DNA of 64,000 nt from Acidobacteriota bacterium (GTDB lineage: Bacteria > Acidobacteriota > Thermoanaerobaculia > Gp7-AA8): contig JAFATB010000018.1 in the NCBI GenBank assembly GCA_019244185.1, positions 64,001 to 128,000 of the forward strand, in the 5' to 3' direction. How positions within the stretch are numbered: the stretch's first letter is position 1; each line of letters starts with the position of its first letter. The notes below the pieces were generated by a model. That model was not told the DNA's origin, did no database searches, and saw only the letters and a list, made by a program, of their open reading frames with translations. The translations under genes were made by a program, and so were the position numbers. Shown here one piece after another: positions 49,262 to 60,142 of the stretch.

Positions 49262-50680
49262 ATGCGCTGCCGACTGCTTTTGCTCGCGTGTCTCGCACTC
49301 CTCGCCGCATCGTCGCTCCACGCCGCGACGTTCGACGAACAGTTCCTCGACAAGACCATGCGCGTCGACTACTTCCACACGTCGACGCCGCGCGGCGACG
49401 AGATCCTCGCGCTCGACGCGATCGTCTCCGACGGCCCGTGGTCCGGCAGCCGCACGCAGCTCATTGATCGCTCGAACCTCGGCAAGTACTACTTCGAAGT
49501 CGTCGATCGCGACACGAATCAGTCGCTCTACTCACGCGGCTTCGCGTCCGTGTTCGGCGAGTGGGAAACGACGCCCGACGCCAAGTTTCGTCCCGGCACG
49601 TTTCACGAGTCGCTGCGCTTTCCATGGCCGAAGAAGCCGGTGCAGGTGATCCTCAAGAAGCGCGACGAAGCGAACGCGTTTCAGCAGATCTGGTCGACGG
49701 TCATCGATCCGAACTCGCGCGCCGTCAATCCCGCCGATCGCGCGCCGGCGGGACGCGTGTGGTCGTACCTCGACAACGGTCCCGCGTCGCAGAAAGTCGA
49801 TCTGCTCGTGATCGGCGAGGGGTACACCGCCGCGGAGATGCCGAAGCTGCACAAGGACGTCGAGCGTCTCGTCGGGAAGCTCTTCGCGACGGACCCCTTC
49901 AAGTCGCACAGGTCCGACTTCAACGTGCGCGTGCTCGAGTTGCCGTCGGCGAAGAGCGGCATCCATCAGCCGCGCACGCGCGACGACCGCCGCACGACGA
50001 CCGGCGTCGAGTACAACATCTTCGACTCCGAGCGTTACGTGCTCACGCTCGACAACAAAGCGATGCGCGACGCCGCGTCGTCCGCGCCCTACGACTTCCT
50101 GGAGATCCTCGTCAACGAACAGCAGTACGGCGGCGGCGGGATCTTCAACGATCAGGCGACGGCGGCGGTCGACACCGGCTTCGCCGAGTACGTCTTCGTC
50201 CACGAGTTCGGCCATCACTTCGCGGGCCTCGCCGACGAGTACTACACCTCGCCCGTGTCGTACGCGACCGGCGCGACGGAACATCCGGAGCCGTGGGAGC
50301 CGAACATCACCGCGAACGGCGCGCATCCGAAGTGGATGGATCTCGTCACGCCCGGCACGCCGCTGCCGACGCCGTGGGACAAGGCCGCCTTCGACAAGCA
50401 TTCGGTCGAATACCAGGCCGAGCGCGTGCGGCTGCGCGAGTCGGGCGTCCCCGAGGCGCAGATGGACGCGCTCTTCCGCCGCGAGCTCGATTGGGACACG
50501 AAGTTCCTCGGGTCGCAGCAGTATGCGAACCGCGTCGGCGCGTTCGAGGGCGCGGGCTACGAGTCGACCGGCCTCTATCGGCCGCAGAGCGACTGCATCA
50601 TGTTCTCGCGTGACGAGGTCGGGTTCTGCCGCGTATGCACGCGCGCGATCGAGCGCGTGATCGACCTGTACTCGCATTAG
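49262..50680 (+). CDS. M64-family (IgA peptidase-like) metallopeptidase, exported
   Basis: MRVDYFH N-domain; HEFGHHFAGLADEY; CIM...FCRVC. Confidence 0.9.
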   Translation: MRCRLLLLACLALLAASSLHAATFDEQFLDKTMRVDYFHTSTPRGDEILALDAIVSDGPWSGSRTQLIDRSNLGKYYFEVVDRDTNQSLYSRGFASVFGEWETTPDAKFRPGTFHESLRFPWPKKPVQVILKKRDEANAFQQIWSTVIDPNSRAVNPADRAPAGRVWSYLDNGPASQKVDLLVIGEGYTAAEMPKLHKDVERLVGKLFATDPFKSHRSDFNVRVLELPSAKSGIHQPRTRDDRRTTTGVEYNIFDSERYVLTLDNKAMRDAASSAPYDFLEILVNEQQYGGGGIFNDQATAAVDTGFAEYVFVHEFGHHFAGLADEYYTSPVSYATGATEHPEPWEPNITANGAHPKWMDLVTPGTPLPTPWDKAAFDKHSVEYQAERVRLRESGVPEAQMDALFRRELDWDTKFLGSQQYANRVGAFEGAGYESTGLYRPQSDCIMFSRDEVGFCRVCTRAIERVIDLYSH

Positions 50681-50692
50681 AATTCAGGCGTC

Positions 50693-51202
50693 GTGTCCCT
50701 CACCTTCGTGATCGGTACCGCCGCCGACGTGTTCGGCGAGGCGCTCGCCCGCGCGGTCGAAAGCGCGCTGGCGCCGCACTTCGCCGTGCCCGCGTCGCAC
50801 GCGCAGGGCGCGTACGAATCCGAGCCGGTCGATGCCACGGGATGGCGACGGCTGCAGGAGCGCGTCCTGCGCACGCTCGACGTCGCGCCGCAGCTCACGA
50901 CGATCGATGCCTATCAAGCGGTCTACGTCCCCGAGGCGCACGCGCAGATCGAGCATCTGCCGGTGGCGAATGCGGCCGATCCGCTGCAGGTCGGCAGCCT
51001 CCCGGCGCTCATCGACGAACTGCAGCGCTTCGCCGCGAGCGCGTCGCTGCCGACGGACGACGTGGAGCTCATGCAGCTCGCAGCGCATTATCTCGAAGGC
51101 GACGACGCGGACCGCGATCTCGACGTGCAAACGTACGTGCAGCTGATGCTCACCGCGAAGCAGGCGTCGGCGCGCGGGCAGGCGCTCTGGGTCGTTACTT
51201 AG
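50693..51202 (+). CDS. Hypothetical protein
   Basis: Fills the gap; coding-like composition; no motif recognised. Confidence 0.65.
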   Translation: MSLTFVIGTAADVFGEALARAVESALAPHFAVPASHAQGAYESEPVDATGWRRLQERVLRTLDVAPQLTTIDAYQAVYVPEAHAQIEHLPVANAADPLQVGSLPALIDELQRFAASASLPTDDVELMQLAAHYLEGDDADRDLDVQTYVQLMLTAKQASARGQALWVVT

Positions 51203-52028
51203 TTCGCGCGGGCTCGCGCGGCAGCTCCTCGTTGCGGCACCACTCGCTCCAGCTGCCGACGTAGAGCGACGCGCCGTGCAGCCCCGCGGCTTCGAGCGCG
51301 AGCAGCGTGTGGCACGCGGTGACGCCGGAGCCGCAGTGCACGATGACGCGTTCCGGCGGGATGTCGCCGAGGAACGCTTCGTATTGGCGACGAAGCGCGG
51401 CGGACGGCTTGAAGCGGCCGTGCACGAGGTTCTCGACGAACGGCAGATTGAGCGCGCCGGGGATGTGCCCCGCGATCGGATCGATCGGCTCGGTCTCGCC
51501 GCGATAGCGTTCGCCGCTGCGCACGTCGAGCACGCGCCACGACGGATCGTTGCGCAGCGTGTCGACGGCATCGCGATCGACGATGGGCCACTGCCACGAC
51601 GTCGCGGGATACGGCGGACGCGGCGCGGTGTGCGGCTCGTGCGTCGTCACGGGCACGCCCGCGACCGTCGCGGCTTCGAGGCCGCCGTCGAGCACGTCGA
51701 CGCGTTCGTGGCCGAGCGCGCGCAGCATCCACCACGCACGGGCGGCGGCGTTCGCGCCGAACTGGTCGTCGTAGACGATGACGCGGGTCTCGGGACCGAT
51801 GCCCCATGCGCCAAGCTGCGCGGCGAAGCGCTCGACCGGCGGCAGCGGATGGCGTCCGCCGCGCGTCGCATCCGCGCCCGCGTCGCGCGCGGCGCTGAGA
51901 TGCTCGTCGACGTTCGCGCGGCGCGCGCCGTCGAGATGTCCCTGCTCGTAGCCAGCCGCGCGCGCGTCGAGCAGTACGACGTCGGGATCGGCGTAAACGC
52001 GCGCGAGCTCTTCGGGCGAGACGATCAT
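51195..52028 (-). CDS. Tandem-rhodanese sulfurtransferase (SseA/MST-like)
   Basis: GRHPLP, RAWW.L, GHIPGA, CGSGVTA, LYVGSWSEW. Confidence 0.92.
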   Translation of the reverse strand: MIVSPEELARVYADPDVVLLDARAAGYEQGHLDGARRANVDEHLSAARDAGADATRGGRHPLPPVERFAAQLGAWGIGPETRVIVYDDQFGANAAARAWWMLRALGHERVDVLDGGLEAATVAGVPVTTHEPHTAPRPPYPATSWQWPIVDRDAVDTLRNDPSWRVLDVRSGERYRGETEPIDPIAGHIPGALNLPFVENLVHGRFKPSAALRRQYEAFLGDIPPERVIVHCGSGVTACHTLLALEAAGLHGASLYVGSWSEWCRNEELPREPARTK

Positions 52029-52046
52029 CGCGTCATTCTACGAGCG

Positions 52047-52973
52047 TCAGCCGATGACGCGCGACGGCGGCAGCAGCGACTCGTTGATGGCGATCGCGGC
52101 GATGGCGCCGTCGGCGGCGGAGGTGATGACGAGCTGCGAGCCGGGCACGAGATCGCCGATCGCGTAGACGCCTTCGACGCTGGTCTGGCGGTGCGCGTCG
52201 ACGACGATGTCGGGATGCGGGTCGTCGCAGCGGCAGCCGAGCGATTCGGCGAGATCGCACGCGCGCTCGACCTTGATGTTGAAGAAGAGCGCGCCCGCGG
52301 CGACGCGTTCGCCGGTCGCGAGCACGGCCGCGGCGACAATGCCGTCGCGACCTTCGAGCGCGACGATGCGTTCGTCTTTGATGTCGATCTGTTCCGCGAG
52401 CAGCTTGCTGTTCGTCTCCTCGTCCCACTCGCGCGCGTGACCGTGCGCGAAGACGACGACGTCGTCCGACCACTGCAAAAGCTTGAGCGCCATCGCGGCG
52501 GCTTTCGCGCCCCATCCGATGACGCCGATGCGGCGGTCGCGCGATTCGTAGCCGTCGCAGTCTGGGCAGTGATGCACGCTGATGCCGTAGTACGACTCGA
52601 TCTCGGGGATGTCGGGCAGCGTGTCGCGCACGCCGTACGCGAGGACGACGCGCCGCGCGCGCAAGACGCCGTCGCTCGTCGTGACGTCGAAGACGTCGGC
52701 GACGCGCTCGATCTTCGTCGCGCGTCCGCGGAGAAACTCCACGCCGCACGCTTCCGCTTCCGCGCGTCCGCGCGCGATGAGCTCCGCGGGTTGGATGGAG
52801 TGGTAGCCGAGGAAGCCGTGGATGCCGCGCGAGGCGTGATTGCGCGGGCGCGCGTCATCGACGACGAGCACGCGGCGGCGGTAGCGGCCGAGGAAGATCG
52901 CGCAGGTGAGACCGGCCGGTCCGCCGCCGATGATGATTGCGTCGTACGGCGGCGAAGACTCGTTCAACCGCAT
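52047..52973 (-). CDS. Thioredoxin-reductase-like FAD oxidoreductase
   Basis: GGGPAG, HCPDCDG, TSVEGVYAIGD. Confidence 0.88.
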   Translation of the reverse strand: MRLNESSPPYDAIIIGGGPAGLTCAIFLGRYRRRVLVVDDARPRNHASRGIHGFLGYHSIQPAELIARGRAEAEACGVEFLRGRATKIERVADVFDVTTSDGVLRARRVVLAYGVRDTLPDIPEIESYYGISVHHCPDCDGYESRDRRIGVIGWGAKAAAMALKLLQWSDDVVVFAHGHAREWDEETNSKLLAEQIDIKDERIVALEGRDGIVAAAVLATGERVAAGALFFNIKVERACDLAESLGCRCDDPHPDIVVDAHRQTSVEGVYAIGDLVPGSQLVITSAADGAIAAIAINESLLPPSRVIG

Positions 52974-52987
52974 CCGGCCACGGATGC

Positions 52988-54010
52988 TCAACGACGCCCG
53001 CCGGCGGCGGTTTGCCCGAGACCAGCCGGCGTCGCGGCATCGACGCGAATGGAGATGTTGCTCGCGGCGATCGGCGAGGTCGCGTTGCCGGGCTTCTGCA
53101 CCCACACCACGACGGTGTAGATGCCGGCGCCGTCGGCGAACGGCACGGAGAACGAGAACGCGCCGTCGTCGCCGACGCGAAAGTCGCCGCGGCTGCCGTT
53201 CGCGTATTGCTGCACGTTCACGGCGAGCGTGCCGTCGTCGCGGCGGCTGTAGGTCGTCTTGAGGCGCGGCAGATACTCGCGGCGCGACGCGGGCAGCGCG
53301 TACGAGTCGAGGCGGTTCGCGGTCACGACGTCGAGCGGATGCGGGAACGGCTCGTGATGCACGGTGATGCCGGCGATGCGCATGCCGCGCAGCGGCTTGC
53401 CCGCGAGCAGCACGGCGTCCGTGAGTTGCGCGCGGCGCGGCAGCGGACGCGTCCAGTCGACGTAGCGGCGCACGAATTCGTGCACGAGCCGGAACTCGCC
53501 GCGCTGATGTGAATTATCCCAGGCGAGCCCGATCCCGACATGCGTCGCGTACGGATCGAGGATCGTCTTCCGATGCCCATCATGCGGGGCCATCTCCGCC
53601 ATCATCGCGTCCTCGGAACGCCGCACGAGCTCGTACAGCGCGCGGTCGCTGAACGCGTACGTCGCCGACCACGCCGCGGCGTTCTCGCTGATGCCGTCGT
53701 TGCCGCCGGCGAACGAGTAGCGCATGTACGGCGCGAGCCCGTCGAGCGTGAAGTGTCCGGTGGTGTGGTTGACGATCTGCTCGCGGCAGTAGGCGTCGGC
53801 GAGCGCGGAGGCCGCGACGTCGAGCTCGACGGGCGGCAGGTGATCGAGCGCGCGATCGCGGTTGATGAGGCGCAGCACGTGCGCGCGGAGCGTGCCACGC
53901 GTCTCGTCGTATACCGATGCGGCTTCGCCGTGCGCCGAGACGCTGTCGCCGTGCGCGAGTGGGGCCGCGAGCGCGGCGATCGTGAGGGCGGCGATCAGTG
54001 CGTGCTTCAT
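52988..54010 (-). CDS. Exported CAP (SCP)-domain protein
   Basis: [23 protein letters not shown]. Confidence 0.82.
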   Translation of the reverse strand: MKHALIAALTIAALAAPLAHGDSVSAHGEAASVYDETRGTLRAHVLRLINRDRALDHLPPVELDVAASALADAYCREQIVNHTTGHFTLDGLAPYMRYSFAGGNDGISENAAAWSATYAFSDRALYELVRRSEDAMMAEMAPHDGHRKTILDPYATHVGIGLAWDNSHQRGEFRLVHEFVRRYVDWTRPLPRRAQLTDAVLLAGKPLRGMRIAGITVHHEPFPHPLDVVTANRLDSYALPASRREYLPRLKTTYSRRDDGTLAVNVQQYANGSRGDFRVGDDGAFSFSVPFADGAGIYTVVVWVQKPGNATSPIAASNISIRVDAATPAGLGQTAAGGRR

Positions 54011-57000
54011 GACGGCGTCGACGTCCGTACCGGCAATTCGATCACAACCTTCAGGCCCGGATGCACATTCTCCGCGTGAATGCGGCCGCCGTGTTCCTCG
54101 ACCGCTTTGCGCGCGATCGCGAGTCCGAGTCCGGTGCCGCTCGACTTGGTCGAAAAGTACGGGTCGAAGATTTTCGGCAGCAGGTCGGGCTCGACGCCCG
54201 GTCCCGAGTCTTCGACGCTGATGACGACGCGCGAGTCGACGCCGTGGCTGCCGAGGCGCACGCGTCCGCCAGGCGCGGCCTGTAGCGCGTTCTCGATGAG
54301 GTTCGCGACGGCGCCGCGCAGCAGGCGCTCGTCACCGCTGAAGACGCGCGGCGTCGAAGGCTCGATGTCCGCCTCGAAGTCGATGCCGCGCTCGCGCGTC
54401 TCGGCGTAGCTCGCGGCGAGATCGCCGAGGAGCTTCTGCAGATCGAGCGGCTTGCGCTGCACCTGGCGCAGCGACGCGTAGTCGCTGAACTCGCGCGAGG
54501 TCTCGCGCAGCGTGACGACCTGGCGGAGGATGTTCTCGACGGCGCTGTCGACGACGCGCGGCAGATTCGGATCGTTGCGCTCCGCGACGGCGCGCAGATG
54601 TTCGGCGGTGAGCTGGATCGGCGTGAGCGGATTCTTGATCTCGTGCGCGACCTGCCGCGCCATCTCGCCCCACGCCTCGAGCCGGTTGCTGCGCAGGATT
54701 TCCGTGACGTCTTCGGCAATGAGCATGTCTTCCGCGGTCTCGGGCAGCGGCACGATGGAGACGCGCAGCGTGCGCAGGTTGCCGTCGATCGTGACTTCGA
54801 TCTCGCGCGACTCGGTGTGGCGCGGGCGATGGGCGGCGAGGAACTCGCGCACTTCGTCGAAGCGCGGAAACGCATCCGCGCCGAAGAGCCGCCGCGCGAG
54901 GCCGTTCATCGCGGTGACGCGCGCTCCTTCGAGCACGACCACCGCGGCGTTGATGTTCTCGACGAGCGTCTGCAGGCGGTCGCGTTCGTGGCGCAGCTCT
55001 TCCTGTTGTTTCTTCAGCGACCGCGACATGTCGCCGAACGTCGTGACGAGCAGGCCGAGGTCGGGATCGGGCGGCGGCGCCAGGCGGACGTCGAAGTCGC
55101 CGCGCGCGACCGCGCGCGCGCCGGCGACGAGGCTCTGCACGGGACGGGTGACGCTGCCGGCGATGCGGAACGCGACCGCGATCGCGCCGAGGGCGATGAA
55201 GGCGAGCAGCAGGTAGATCGTCGTCGCGAGATCGTTGACCTGCGCCTCGATCTGCCGCCCCTGCACGATGAACGGCAGCGCGAGCGTGTAACTGTGCCCG
55301 CTGCCGAGGTGCACCGGGCTGTAGATCTCGATGTACTGCGTGGAGCCGGAGGTGCGTTTCGCGCGGATGATCTGGCGCCCGCGCAAGACGAGACGGAGGT
55401 AGACGTCGCCGGGCAATCGCTCCGACTCGATGTGCGCGGCGAAGAGATCGCGCCGGCTCGACGCGATGAGCCGCTCGCCGCGATAGAGATGGAGGTCGTG
55501 GCCGATGACGCGCGCGAGCCAGCTGAGGATCTCGTCGTCGAGCACCTGTTCCGGCGCGGCCGACTGCGAGCCGATGTAATCCTCGATCACGCGCTGCGCG
55601 GCGTTGAGCGCCGTTTGTCCACGCTCGATCGACTCGGTCTCGAGGCGATCCGCGAGATACGCGCGCACGAACAGCACGAAGAGGATCAGCGGCACGATGA
55701 CGACGGCAGTCAAATAGATCGACGTCCGCGCGCGGAAGTCGAGGCTCAGCGGACGCCGCCGCAGGATCGCGACGTAGCGCGGCAGCGAGCCGCCGAGCGC
55801 GATGGCGAAGAGCGCGAGCAGCGACCAGATCGCGACGCCGCCCGCGCGGCGGATGTCCTGCGCGACCGTCGGCAGTTGCAGCGGAAAGACGAAGAGCGCG
55901 TTCTCGCTGCGGCGCACGAAGAGGGTCTGCGGATCGGAGTCCGCGGACAGCACCCAGATGCCGCGTCCCGGCTTCAGCGTCGCGTAGTACGTCGCCGCGC
56001 TGTCGGGCAGTCGGAACGTGACGCTGCTCTGCGGCGTGCCGTCCGCGTCGTACACGGCGGGCTCGCGCTGCGGATGCAGTCCCGTCGGGTCCTCGCTCGT
56101 CGACTCGAAGAAGTCGCGGTAGACGTCCGCGTACGACGACGCACCGGGATCGGCGGGATTGACGACGTGCACGGACCCGAGTCCGATCGTGGTGCCGAGG
56201 ACCGTGACGTCGAAGTCGTGATGCAGCAGCTCGCGCCGGCTCGCGCCGACCTGCAGCACCTCCCGCGACTCCTCGGTATGCCCTTCGCCGAACTGCGGCA
56301 GCCCGACGCCGAAGCGGCTCATCACGCCGCGCGTGAACTCGTCGCTGATCGTGATCACCGCCGGCACGCGCCACTTCGACAGATCGGAGCGGAGCCACAG
56401 CGCGTACGCGAGGTCTTCCATGCTCATGCGGCGGTAGTCGTCGGGCAGGATCGTGGCGAGATCGATGCGTGAGAACTCGCTCTCGAGCGTCGTGCCGATC
56501 ATCGTCCGCAGCTGGCCCGACTCGCCCGCGACGAGCGGCGCGTACGTATCGGCGATGAAGTCGCGAGCGCTCTCGCTGCCGAAGACGTGTTGCGGCACGT
56601 ACAGCAGCGCCGCCGCCGCGAGCGCCGTGAGCACGATGCGGAAGCCGCCGCGCTGCAGCGGCGCGACGAGGAAGACCACCGCGAACGCGAAGAGCAGCAG
56701 CGCCGCGAAGAGCACTCCCTGCGCGACCGTGGCCGGGATGACGTGATCGGGCAGCGCGGTGACGTGCGAGTTTGCCACGAAGTTGTTCGCGAGCTGCACG
56801 TATCCGAACGCCGCGACGAGCGCGGCGACGATGCGGATGACGATGTGCACGCGCACGATCCACGGCCGCAGCAGCGCGACGAGGCCCGCGACCGTCGCGG
56901 CGGTGAGCAGCAGGTCGAACGGCGACTTGCTGAACGGTCCGAGGAACTTCGAGCCGTACAGTCCGAAGCCGAAGATGCCGAACGGATCGTCGGCGAGCCG

Positions 57001-57762
57001 CGCGGGCAGCAGCGCGACGCGCGCGAGAAGCAGGCAGAGGATCGCGAGCCAGCGCGACTCGACGACCGTCAGCATCAGCAGCGCGCCGATGGCGACGAGC
57101 GCGGCGACGACGGTGTTGCCTTCCGCCTGCACCGCGTCCGCCACTTCGTCCGCGCTGCGTAGTTTGATATCCACGTAAAGTGCGGAGTCGGCGTGCTTCG
57201 CGACGAGGAAGCGCTGCGTGCCCGCTTCCTGTCGCGGGAAGCCGGCGTGAAAGAAGAGCGACGACACCCACGCATCGGTGGGATGGAGCTTCGTCCGCCG
57301 CCGCGGCACGTTCTCGATCCGCTCGAACGTCTGAATCGTGAACGCGCCGGCCTTGCGCTGGTGCGTGATGTAGAAGTTCGTGAGCTCGAACTGGAACGTG
57401 CGGTCGGACGGCGCGCGGTAGTCCTCGCCCCACCACGCGACCGGCGCGCCGTCGTTGCCGAGGATTCGCGCGCCGCGGCCGGCTTTCTGCGTTTCGGCGC
57501 GGAGGATGCGGAAGAGCTCCGCGCGGTCGTTCTCGTGGCCGGCGATCTTATGCGCGATGTGCGCGGCAGTCGCGTCGAGCTCTGACTCACGCGCGGCGAG
57601 GTTGTCGCGAATGCGCGCGACGTCGTGCGCGAGGTGTTCCGACGCGCGCTCGGGGAACGCGCGCGTCACGCGCCGCACGCGCCAGAGCGCGAGCAGCTCG
57701 ACGAGCGTGACCAAAAACACGAACAGCGCGGCGAGCCGCGCTGTTTTGGTGTTCCACGTCAT
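54007..57762 (-). CDS. Large membrane sensor histidine kinase (HAMP-PAS-HisKA-HATPase, NtrY-like)
   Basis: [32 protein letters not shown]. Confidence 0.92.
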   Translation of the reverse strand: MTWNTKTARLAALFVFLVTLVELLALWRVRRVTRAFPERASEHLAHDVARIRDNLAARESELDATAAHIAHKIAGHENDRAELFRILRAETQKAGRGARILGNDGAPVAWWGEDYRAPSDRTFQFELTNFYITHQRKAGAFTIQTFERIENVPRRRTKLHPTDAWVSSLFFHAGFPRQEAGTQRFLVAKHADSALYVDIKLRSADEVADAVQAEGNTVVAALVAIGALLMLTVVESRWLAILCLLLARVALLPARLADDPFGIFGFGLYGSKFLGPFSKSPFDLLLTAATVAGLVALLRPWIVRVHIVIRIVAALVAAFGYVQLANNFVANSHVTALPDHVIPATVAQGVLFAALLLFAFAVVFLVAPLQRGGFRIVLTALAAAALLYVPQHVFGSESARDFIADTYAPLVAGESGQLRTMIGTTLESEFSRIDLATILPDDYRRMSMEDLAYALWLRSDLSKWRVPAVITISDEFTRGVMSRFGVGLPQFGEGHTEESREVLQVGASRRELLHHDFDVTVLGTTIGLGSVHVVNPADPGASSYADVYRDFFESTSEDPTGLHPQREPAVYDADGTPQSSVTFRLPDSAATYYATLKPGRGIWVLSADSDPQTLFVRRSENALFVFPLQLPTVAQDIRRAGGVAIWSLLALFAIALGGSLPRYVAILRRRPLSLDFRARTSIYLTAVVIVPLILFVLFVRAYLADRLETESIERGQTALNAAQRVIEDYIGSQSAAPEQVLDDEILSWLARVIGHDLHLYRGERLIASSRRDLFAAHIESERLPGDVYLRLVLRGRQIIRAKRTSGSTQYIEIYSPVHLGSGHSYTLALPFIVQGRQIEAQVNDLATTIYLLLAFIALGAIAVAFRIAGSVTRPVQSLVAGARAVARGDFDVRLAPPPDPDLGLLVTTFGDMSRSLKKQQEELRHERDRLQTLVENINAAVVVLEGARVTAMNGLARRLFGADAFPRFDEVREFLAAHRPRHTESREIEVTIDGNLRTLRVSIVPLPETAEDMLIAEDVTEILRSNRLEAWGEMARQVAHEIKNPLTPIQLTAEHLRAVAERNDPNLPRVVDSAVENILRQVVTLRETSREFSDYASLRQVQRKPLDLQKLLGDLAASYAETRERGIDFEADIEPSTPRVFSGDERLLRGAVANLIENALQAAPGGRVRLGSHGVDSRVVISVEDSGPGVEPDLLPKIFDPYFSTKSSGTGLGLAIARKAVEEHGGRIHAENVHPGLKVVIELPVRTSTPS

Positions 57763-57771
57763 GGATGGAGT

Positions 57772-58194
57772 TTACTGCCCCCCGGATTTCGCGGAGGCGA
57801 CGACCCACTTGCCGTCTTTCTGCTTGAGCGTGATGTAGAGGTCGCGCGGCCCGCCGTTGATCGTCCAGCGCGCCGTGATCTGATACTGCCCCTCGGCACG
57901 CACACCCTTCGCGCTGACGCGCTCGAAGCCGCTCGGCTTGACCTTATTGAAGAGCGCGTCGAGCAGATACGCCGCCTGATCGCGGCCGAAGAAGCCGCTC
58001 TTGTCGGCGAGGCCGGGGAACTGGAGCATGACCTGATCGCCGGAGCCGATTCCCGAAACGATCGCGTCCACGTCGCCGCTGCCGAAGCCGCGTTCGAGGT
58101 TGGACATGGCCGTATCGAGATCGCGGAACTGAGCCGAGGCGACCAGCGGTACGAACAGCAACATGAAAGCAGCGATGCGCGTGAAGAGTTTCAT
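57772..58194 (-). CDS. Exported hypothetical protein (NTF2/DUF4783-like)
   Basis: Signal peptide ASA; GFFGRDQA..LL..LF pattern. Confidence 0.65.
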   Translation of the reverse strand: MKLFTRIAAFMLLFVPLVASAQFRDLDTAMSNLERGFGSGDVDAIVSGIGSGDQVMLQFPGLADKSGFFGRDQAAYLLDALFNKVKPSGFERVSAKGVRAEGQYQITARWTINGGPRDLYITLKQKDGKWVVASAKSGGQ

Positions 58195-58259
58195 TCGGAT
58201 GTCTCCTGTGCTATCGGTAACGGGTTGGGGTCGCCGTTTATTCTAACGCTATCAGTCAT

Positions 58260-58934
58260 TTAGCTGAACTCCCCCGATGTCGCTTCGTCCTCTTGCGCGG
58301 ACGCGATGCCGCGCCGTTTCAGCTCTTCCGTGAAGTCGCCGGGCAGCGGCGCCGCGACCCGAAGTGGTTGTCCTGTCAATGGATGCGTCATGTCGAGCTG
58401 CGCGGCGTGCAACATCGGACGCGCCGCGTCCCTCCTTCCATAGAGCCAGTCGCCTGCCAGCGGATGACCGATGGCGGACAGATGCACGCGGATCTGATGC
58501 GTCCGCCCGGTCTCGAGATGAATGTCGAGCAGCGAGCCGTTCCGTGTCGCGCGCAGCGGGCGGACGTGCGTCACCGCGCGCTTGCCACGTTCGCGGATGC
58601 CGAACTGGATCGCGCCGATGCGCGCGATCGGCGCGTCGATCGTCTGTGCCTCGCCGAGCTCGTGCGTGCAGATCGCGAGATAGCGCTTGCGGATCCGATG
58701 CTGTTCGAACTGCCGCGTCACCCGCGCGTTGACCTTGCTCATCTTCGTGAAAAACAACACGCCGCTCGTCCCGCGGTCGAGCCGCTGCATGAGATACGCG
58801 GGCGACGTATGCCGCGTCACGAGTTCGTGAAAAAAAGGCTCGTCCGGCTCATGCATGCGCTGCTGCACGACGACGCCCGCCGGCTTGTTGAGGAAGATGA
58901 TCGCGTCGTCTTCGTAGAGGATGTCGAGTTGCAC
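58260..58934 (-). CDS. RluA-family pseudouridine synthase
   Basis: ILYED...NKPAG, RLDRGTSG, TGRTHQIRVH, LHA; start placed at GTG 58934. Confidence 0.92.
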   Translation of the reverse strand: MQLDILYEDDAIIFLNKPAGVVVQQRMHEPDEPFFHELVTRHTSPAYLMQRLDRGTSGVLFFTKMSKVNARVTRQFEQHRIRKRYLAICTHELGEAQTIDAPIARIGAIQFGIRERGKRAVTHVRPLRATRNGSLLDIHLETGRTHQIRVHLSAIGHPLAGDWLYGRRDAARPMLHAAQLDMTHPLTGQPLRVAAPLPGDFTEELKRRGIASAQEDEATSGEFS

Positions 58935-58962
58935 GGGGTGGCTCCGGGGCGGGCGGCATTCT

Positions 58963-59699
58963 CCGATTCTTGCGGCCGCAAAGTCGCGCGACGTGAACGA
59001 GTCTGACACGTCGATGATCGTCACGGACATGCTCGCGGAGATTTACGGCTACGACAAGTACAGCGAGGTCACGCGCGAGCTTGCAATTCGCGGAACGTAT
59101 TGCGATCTGGCGACGCGCATCGACGGCAAGTTCCAGATGCTGATCGAGGCGAATCAAGGCGTCGAATGCGTAGCGTTGTCGAATGGGTGGCGTTGACGAA
59201 TGGTCAGATGTGGCGAGTGTTTCGCGTCATCTTCGCGAAACCGATCGACGCGGAGCTCGTGCTCGACATCGATCTGCTCGCGCTCAATGCGAAGAACCAC
59301 AATGACCTCGAAAGCCTGTACCTGCTGACGCGCGAGAGCATGCTCAAGTCGGGTCTGTACGCGTACCACGATCATCTGCAGGCCACGAACAAGTTCTATC
59401 TGGCCGCCGTGATGCTGAGCGACGCGGTGCTGGACACCGTGCGTCGCGAGCTGCGGCGCGTGTCCGACGCGAAAATCGAGCTCGATGAATTGCGCGAGGC
59501 GCTCAAGCAGGAAGTGATCAAGCGCGAAGTCATTGAAGGTGAGAAGGCCGACGGCGCGCGCAAGAAGGTCGCGAAAGCCGCCGGCAAGATGCTGCGAATC
59601 CGTAAGAGCAAGGACGACGCGGAAGAAGACGCCGCGGATGCGACGTCCGTCGTGGTCGCGCAGTCTGCGAGTCGTCCTCGTAAGGAAGACGCTCTGTAG
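58963..59699 (+). pseudogene. Decayed type I restriction HsdR N-terminal-like (PD-(D/E)xK) nuclease gene
   Basis: NESDT...GYDKY.E..E..IRGTYCDLA...LIE and WVALTNG..WRV lie in different frames; 17-bp tandem duplication at 59161-59194; no clear start. Confidence 0.72.
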
Positions 59700-59712
59700 C
59701 GGGCGACCTCAC

Positions 59713-60102
59713 TCACTTCACGTACTTCAGCTCCCACGGCCCCTCGCACGTCAGCTGCAGCACCGTCTCCTCGTCGATGAGGAGGTAGTGCGCCTCGTTC
59801 GGCGGGTTGACGTAGAAGCCGCCGGTGGTGAACGTCGTCGACGCGTCGTGTGCGCCGATCTTCGTGGCGAAGGCGATGCGCACGCGCCCGGAGAGCACGG
59901 TCACGCGTTCGGGGCGGGGGTGGGTGTGCGGGGGGACGACGGCGCCTTTGGGGAGCTTGAGGCGAATCGTGAACATGCCCGGCTCGCGCGGGCTGCCTTC
60001 GAGGATCGCGATCTTCGTTCCGGCCGGCATCGACGGCGGGGCGTCGTTCCACACCGGGGTCGTGATCTGGATGGCGAACAGGAGCGCGAGCAGTGCGTGC
60101 AT
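59713..60102 (-). CDS. Small exported cupin-domain protein
   Basis: PPHTHP..E.VTVLSG...H cupin motifs. Confidence 0.85.
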   Translation of the reverse strand: MHALLALLFAIQITTPVWNDAPPSMPAGTKIAILEGSPREPGMFTIRLKLPKGAVVPPHTHPRPERVTVLSGRVRIAFATKIGAHDASTTFTTGGFYVNPPNEAHYLLIDEETVLQLTCEGPWELKYVK

Positions 60103-60142
60103 GCGGCGATTGTAGGCCGCGTGCACGCACGATTCGCGTGCA

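Noticed and set aside
48795-49649. Asp/Phe-repeat ORF on the + strand
   Set aside because: Antisense mirror of the Lys/Ser tail of the DUF6496-like gene
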